Origin: Eubacteriales bacterium
GTDB taxonomy: Bacteria; Bacillota; Clostridia; Oscillospirales; CAG-272
NCBI GenBank assembly: GCA_045658965.1
Contig: JAZOVZ010000086.1
Span: 43,175-107,174 of the forward strand
Reading direction: 5' to 3'
DNA: 64,000 nucleotides
Shown in pieces: positions 61,018-64,000 of this stretch; positions within the stretch are counted from its first letter, which is position 1, and each line of letters opens with the position of its first letter. Position numbers and translations under genes: made by a program. The notes beneath the pieces are model-generated. The model did no database searches. It worked only from the letters and a program-made list of their open reading frames with translations, and was not told where the DNA came from.

Positions 61018-62742
61018 TTAAATTTTTTCTGTTTTCTTAAGGCAGATCATCTCAAACGCGCTGCCAAGCACGTGCTTGGTTGCCTGCGTCAGCGCAATTC
61101 TGGTCTGCTTGATTGCCTCATCGCTCTCGGAGAGGATGCGGCAGTTATGATAGAAGCGGTTGAATGCCACGGCAACGTCCAGAATGAATCTGGTGATGAC
61201 CGAGGGCTCGTAGTCACGCAGCGCCATGAGCACCTTTTCCTCGTAGGTGGACAGCACCTTAAGCAGTGCTGCTTCCTCGGGAGCAGTGATCACGAAATCT
61301 GCAGCGCTACTCTCGCCTGCCTTTTCCAAGACAGAGCAAGCACGCGCGTAGGTGTACTGCACGTAAGGACCGGTGTTGCCGTCAAAGGACAGCGCGTCAT
61401 CCATATTAAAGTCGATATCCTTGATACGGTTGTTGGTCAGATAGTAGAATACGATCGCGCCAACACCGACTGCTTCTGCAACGTCGGTTCTGCCCTTCAT
61501 CTCGGGGTTCTTCTCCTCCATGATCTCGGTGACCTTATCGATAGCCGCACCGAACAAGTCACGCAGAAGCACCACGTTACCCGTTCTGGTTGCCAGCTTT
61601 GCACCGCCGATGCTGACCGTGCCGTAAGGAATGTGCACCAGCTGATCGTGCCAATCGTAGCCCATCAGCTCAACCACCTTGAACCACTGCTTGAAGTGCA
61701 GGATCTGCTGGGTGCTGGTGACGTAAATGCACTTATCAAAATGCAGGTTTTCCTTGCGGTAGACCGCCGCTGCGATGTCACGCGTGGGATACAGCGTGCT
61801 GCCGTCACGCTTAAGGATCAGGCAAGGAGGCATACCGTACTCGTCAAGGTCCACGATGGATGCACCGTCGTCGATCTTGAGAAGTCCCGCATCGCGCAGC
61901 TTTTGCACCTGTGCGGGCATCTTATCGGTATAGAAGGACTCACCAAGGTAGCTGTCAAAGGTAATGCCCAGCTGCTTGTAGGTCTTTTCGTATTCCTCAA
62001 GGCTGATCTGAATAAACCACTTCCAGAGCGCGAGATTTTGCTCATCGCCCATTTCCATCTTATGGAACTCGGCACGGGCTGCGTCTGCAAGCTCGGTGTT
62101 GCCCTGCTCCTTTTGCTCGGTAATGGCGTTGTTGATCCTAACGTAAAGCTCAACCAGCGTATCAATGCCGCCCTGCTCTACCATTTCCTTGCTGCCCCAC
62201 AGGTTATAAGCAAGGATCAGCTTGCCGAACTGGGTACCCCAGTCGCCAAGATAGTTGATGCCGTAGCACTCGTATCCAGCAAACTCGTGCATCTTCTTGA
62301 GCGAGTGACCGATGACCGTGGTGCCAAGGTGTCCTATATGGAAAGGCTTTGCCACGTTGGGAGAAGAATAGTCAAGAACTACCTTTTTGCCGCAGCCAAT
62401 GGTGGGAGCGCCGTACTTTTCCTTCTGTTCAAGCACCGCCGCAAGCACGTGGCTTGTCAGAAATGCGGGATCAAGACGGATATTGAGATAGCCGTTGAGT
62501 GCCTGCGCGCTTTGCACGCAAGGGCAATTCATGCCGTCGGCAAGCACCTGCGCGATCATAACGGGCGCGCGGCGCAAGGACTTTGCGAGCTTGAAGCAAG
62601 GCAGCGCAAGGTCGCCCATGGCGTCATCGGGGGGATATTCCAGCATGCCCGCAAGCTCGTCTGCCGTCAGCTCTGCTGCAGGATTGATACCCTTAACGCC
62701 CTCTAAAATGTTTTGTGCGATAAGTTGTTTGATTTTCAGCAT
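61018..62742 (-). CDS. argS: Arginine--tRNA ligase
   Basis: 574 aa. It has the class-I HIGH region (SSPNVAKPFHIGHLGTTVIGHSL), an N-terminal Arg_tRNA_synt_N-like domain, and a C-terminal DALR-type anticodon-binding region. Confidence 0.88.
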   Translation of the reverse strand: MLKIKQLIAQNILEGVKGINPAAELTADELAGMLEYPPDDAMGDLALPCFKLAKSLRRAPVMIAQVLADGMNCPCVQSAQALNGYLNIRLDPAFLTSHVLAAVLEQKEKYGAPTIGCGKKVVLDYSSPNVAKPFHIGHLGTTVIGHSLKKMHEFAGYECYGINYLGDWGTQFGKLILAYNLWGSKEMVEQGGIDTLVELYVRINNAITEQKEQGNTELADAARAEFHKMEMGDEQNLALWKWFIQISLEEYEKTYKQLGITFDSYLGESFYTDKMPAQVQKLRDAGLLKIDDGASIVDLDEYGMPPCLILKRDGSTLYPTRDIAAAVYRKENLHFDKCIYVTSTQQILHFKQWFKVVELMGYDWHDQLVHIPYGTVSIGGAKLATRTGNVVLLRDLFGAAIDKVTEIMEEKNPEMKGRTDVAEAVGVGAIVFYYLTNNRIKDIDFNMDDALSFDGNTGPYVQYTYARACSVLEKAGESSAADFVITAPEEAALLKVLSTYEEKVLMALRDYEPSVITRFILDVAVAFNRFYHNCRILSESDEAIKQTRIALTQATKHVLGSAFEMICLKKTEKI

Positions 62743-62783
62743 AGTATTTATATTTCCTCAATGATTATTTTTCACAATTTTGT

Positions 62784-62812
62784 ATTATAACACATACTTT
62801 GCAAAAATGCAA
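62784..62812 (-). promoter_or_regulatory. SigA-type promoter (extended -10) of argS-yebC
   Basis: On the minus strand: TTGCAT (62812-62807), a 17-nt spacer, then TGT-TATAAT (62792-62784). Confidence 0.7.
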
Positions 62813-62826
62813 CAGCAAATTTGCAA

Positions 62827-64000
62827 TTATTCGCAATCCTTACTCGACAGCATGTCTCTTGCCGCCTGCATCTGCGCCTCGGTGACCTTGATACCGCCCA
62901 AAATGCGTGCCACCTCGGCAACTCTTCCCTCACCCGTCAGCTCTGCAACCGAGGTAAAGGCGCGTCCGTCCTTTTCCTCCTTATAAATATGCAGGTGCTG
63001 ATCGCCAAGGGAGGCGACCTGCGCCGAGTGCGTAATGCAGATGATCTGCTGTCTTGCCGCCATATCGGAGAGGCGAATGCCGATCTTACGCGAGGTTTTA
63101 CCCGAAATGCCGGTGTCCACCTCGTCAAAAACCGTGGTAGGCACGCCGTCCTTTTGGTTCATGACGCATTTGATGGCAAGCATAATGCGAGACAGCTCAC
63201 CGCCCGATGCAATGCGCACCATGGAGGAAAGCGGCTCGCCGGGGTTGGTGGCGATCATGAACTCCACGCGGTCAATACCGCCGGCAGTCAGCTCCTTTTC
63301 GCGCGCGACAGCGATGCGAAAGCGCACGCCCGCCATATCGAGGTAGGACAGCTGCTCTGCGATCTGCTCCGCTGCCTTTTCTGCCGCCCTTGCACGCTTT
63401 TCGGACATTTGCTCTGCAATCTCCATTGCCTTTGCATGAGTCTCGGAGATCTGCGCGTCGTATTGCTCGCAAAGCTCGTCCGAGCTCTCGATCTCGTCAA
63501 GTCTTGCTCGGGCGTTTTCCAAAAATGCAAGCACCGCATCCACGCTGCCGCCGTATTTGCGCTTGAGCTTGGAGATGGCTTCCAGCCTGTCCTCGATCTT
63601 GTCAAGCATTGCTACGGGATCGTCGTCCAGATCCTCGGCATACGCCGAGATGCGGTCGGACAGATCCTTGACGCGATAGGAAAGATCGATCAGCTCCTCG
63701 CCCACCTCGGCAGCATCCGCTACGTAAGCGGAAAGCGCGTTCATGGAAGCCGCGCTGCGCTCCAGCAGATAGGAGACCGAGCCGTTCGAGCCGGCTTCGG
63801 TTAATAATTTGGTAGAAAAGCGCACCTGCTTTTGCACCTTTTCGGTGTTTTGCAGCTTATTTCGCTTTTCGATGAGTGCCTCTTCCTCGCCCGCCTTGAG
63901 CTTCAAAGAGGCGATATCGTTGATCTGGTAGGTCAACATTTCCACGGTGCGCAACCGCTCGCCCGCGTCGCGGATGAGCGCGTCACGTTTCTCACAAAGC
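62827..64000 (-). CDS. recN: DNA repair protein RecN, C-terminal part (5' end beyond window)
   Basis: The C-terminal ABC/SMC signature is present (ASGGELSRIMLAIK, TTVFDEVDTGISGKT, ITHSAQVA). The frame stays open from the ORF-track TTG at 63954 through nt 64000, so the gene continues off-window. Confidence 0.9.
   Translation of the reverse strand, partial: LCEKRDALIRDAGERLRTVEMLTYQINDIASLKLKAGEEEALIEKRNKLQNTEKVQKQVRFSTKLLTEAGSNGSVSYLLERSAASMNALSAYVADAAEVGEELIDLSYRVKDLSDRISAYAEDLDDDPVAMLDKIEDRLEAISKLKRKYGGSVDAVLAFLENARARLDEIESSDELCEQYDAQISETHAKAMEIAEQMSEKRARAAEKAAEQIAEQLSYLDMAGVRFRIAVAREKELTAGGIDRVEFMIATNPGEPLSSMVRIASGGELSRIMLAIKCVMNQKDGVPTTVFDEVDTGISGKTSRKIGIRLSDMAARQQIICITHSAQVASLGDQHLHIYKEEKDGRAFTSVAELTGEGRVAEVARILGGIKVTEAQMQAARDMLSSKDCE

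Noticed and set aside
60742-62706. 654-aa ORF antisense to argS/yebC
   Set aside because: It is opposite two highly conserved genes, so it is an antisense artefact.
62743-62826. T-box leader for argS (and likewise for asnS at 37439..37461)
   Set aside because: The spacers are only 84 nt and 23 nt. The argS spacer is fully accounted for by a SigA promoter and RBS.
1-64000. Prophage, IS element, integrase, toxin-antitoxin or classical defence genes
   Set aside because: No transposase, integrase, recombinase, nuclease or ATPase signatures, terminal inverted repeats or tRNA attachment sites were recognised anywhere in the window.

Overview
This is a 64-kb chromosomal window that looks like a Clostridia-type Firmicute. 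That placement is an inference from GGAGG ribosome-binding sites, TTGACA-17-TATAAT SigA-type promoters, hisZ plus a short hisG, BspA-type LRR proteins and many ATGA-coupled genes. Core genes look GC-rich by eye, with AT-richer accessory patches. Core content: a complete histidine operon hisZ-G-D-C-B-H-A-F-IE (7403-14777); trkA/trkH K+ uptake; hexuronate catabolism uxaC-uxuA-uxuB-kdgA-kdgK (22960-27974), divergent from an operon of two TIM-barrel isomerases and two Gfo/Idh/MocA oxidoreductases; and asnS, argS, yebC, recN (partial), rplS, dut and mntP. Accessory content: a dense glycan-degradation set (GH29 fucosidase, GH35 beta-galactosidase, GH42-like and GH109-like enzymes, a beta-propeller GH, an SGNH esterase); four paralogous sigma-70/ECF-like factor plus membrane-anchored partner cassettes, two of whose partners carry BspA-type LRR ectodomains; a glpA-like/FAD-oxidoreductase/DUF1667 trio; and two adjacent G3E (CobW/COG0523-type) GTPase genes. 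No rRNA, tRNA, CRISPR array, transposase or integrase was seen. The most interesting observations are: (1) a roughly 131-nt structured intercistronic element, unrecognised by me, present twice (41262-41392 and 44712-44843), each copy running exactly from a TAG stop to an identical RBS; (2) a COG0523 GTPase with a 104-aa insert holding 51 His and four CxCGC motifs in tandem repeats, next to a degenerate G3E paralogue fused to a CCADD-motif domain, both tightly coupled to a cytoplasmic GH-like protein; (3) a SigA-driven operon of three paralogous 2-TM proteins chained by translational coupling to a signal-peptide-less GH29 fucosidase; (4) the four sigma cassettes, three of which share an upstream motif; (5) a REP/BIME-like cluster of GTAG-hairpin repeats. 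All functional calls rest on motif recognition by eye. No database search was run.
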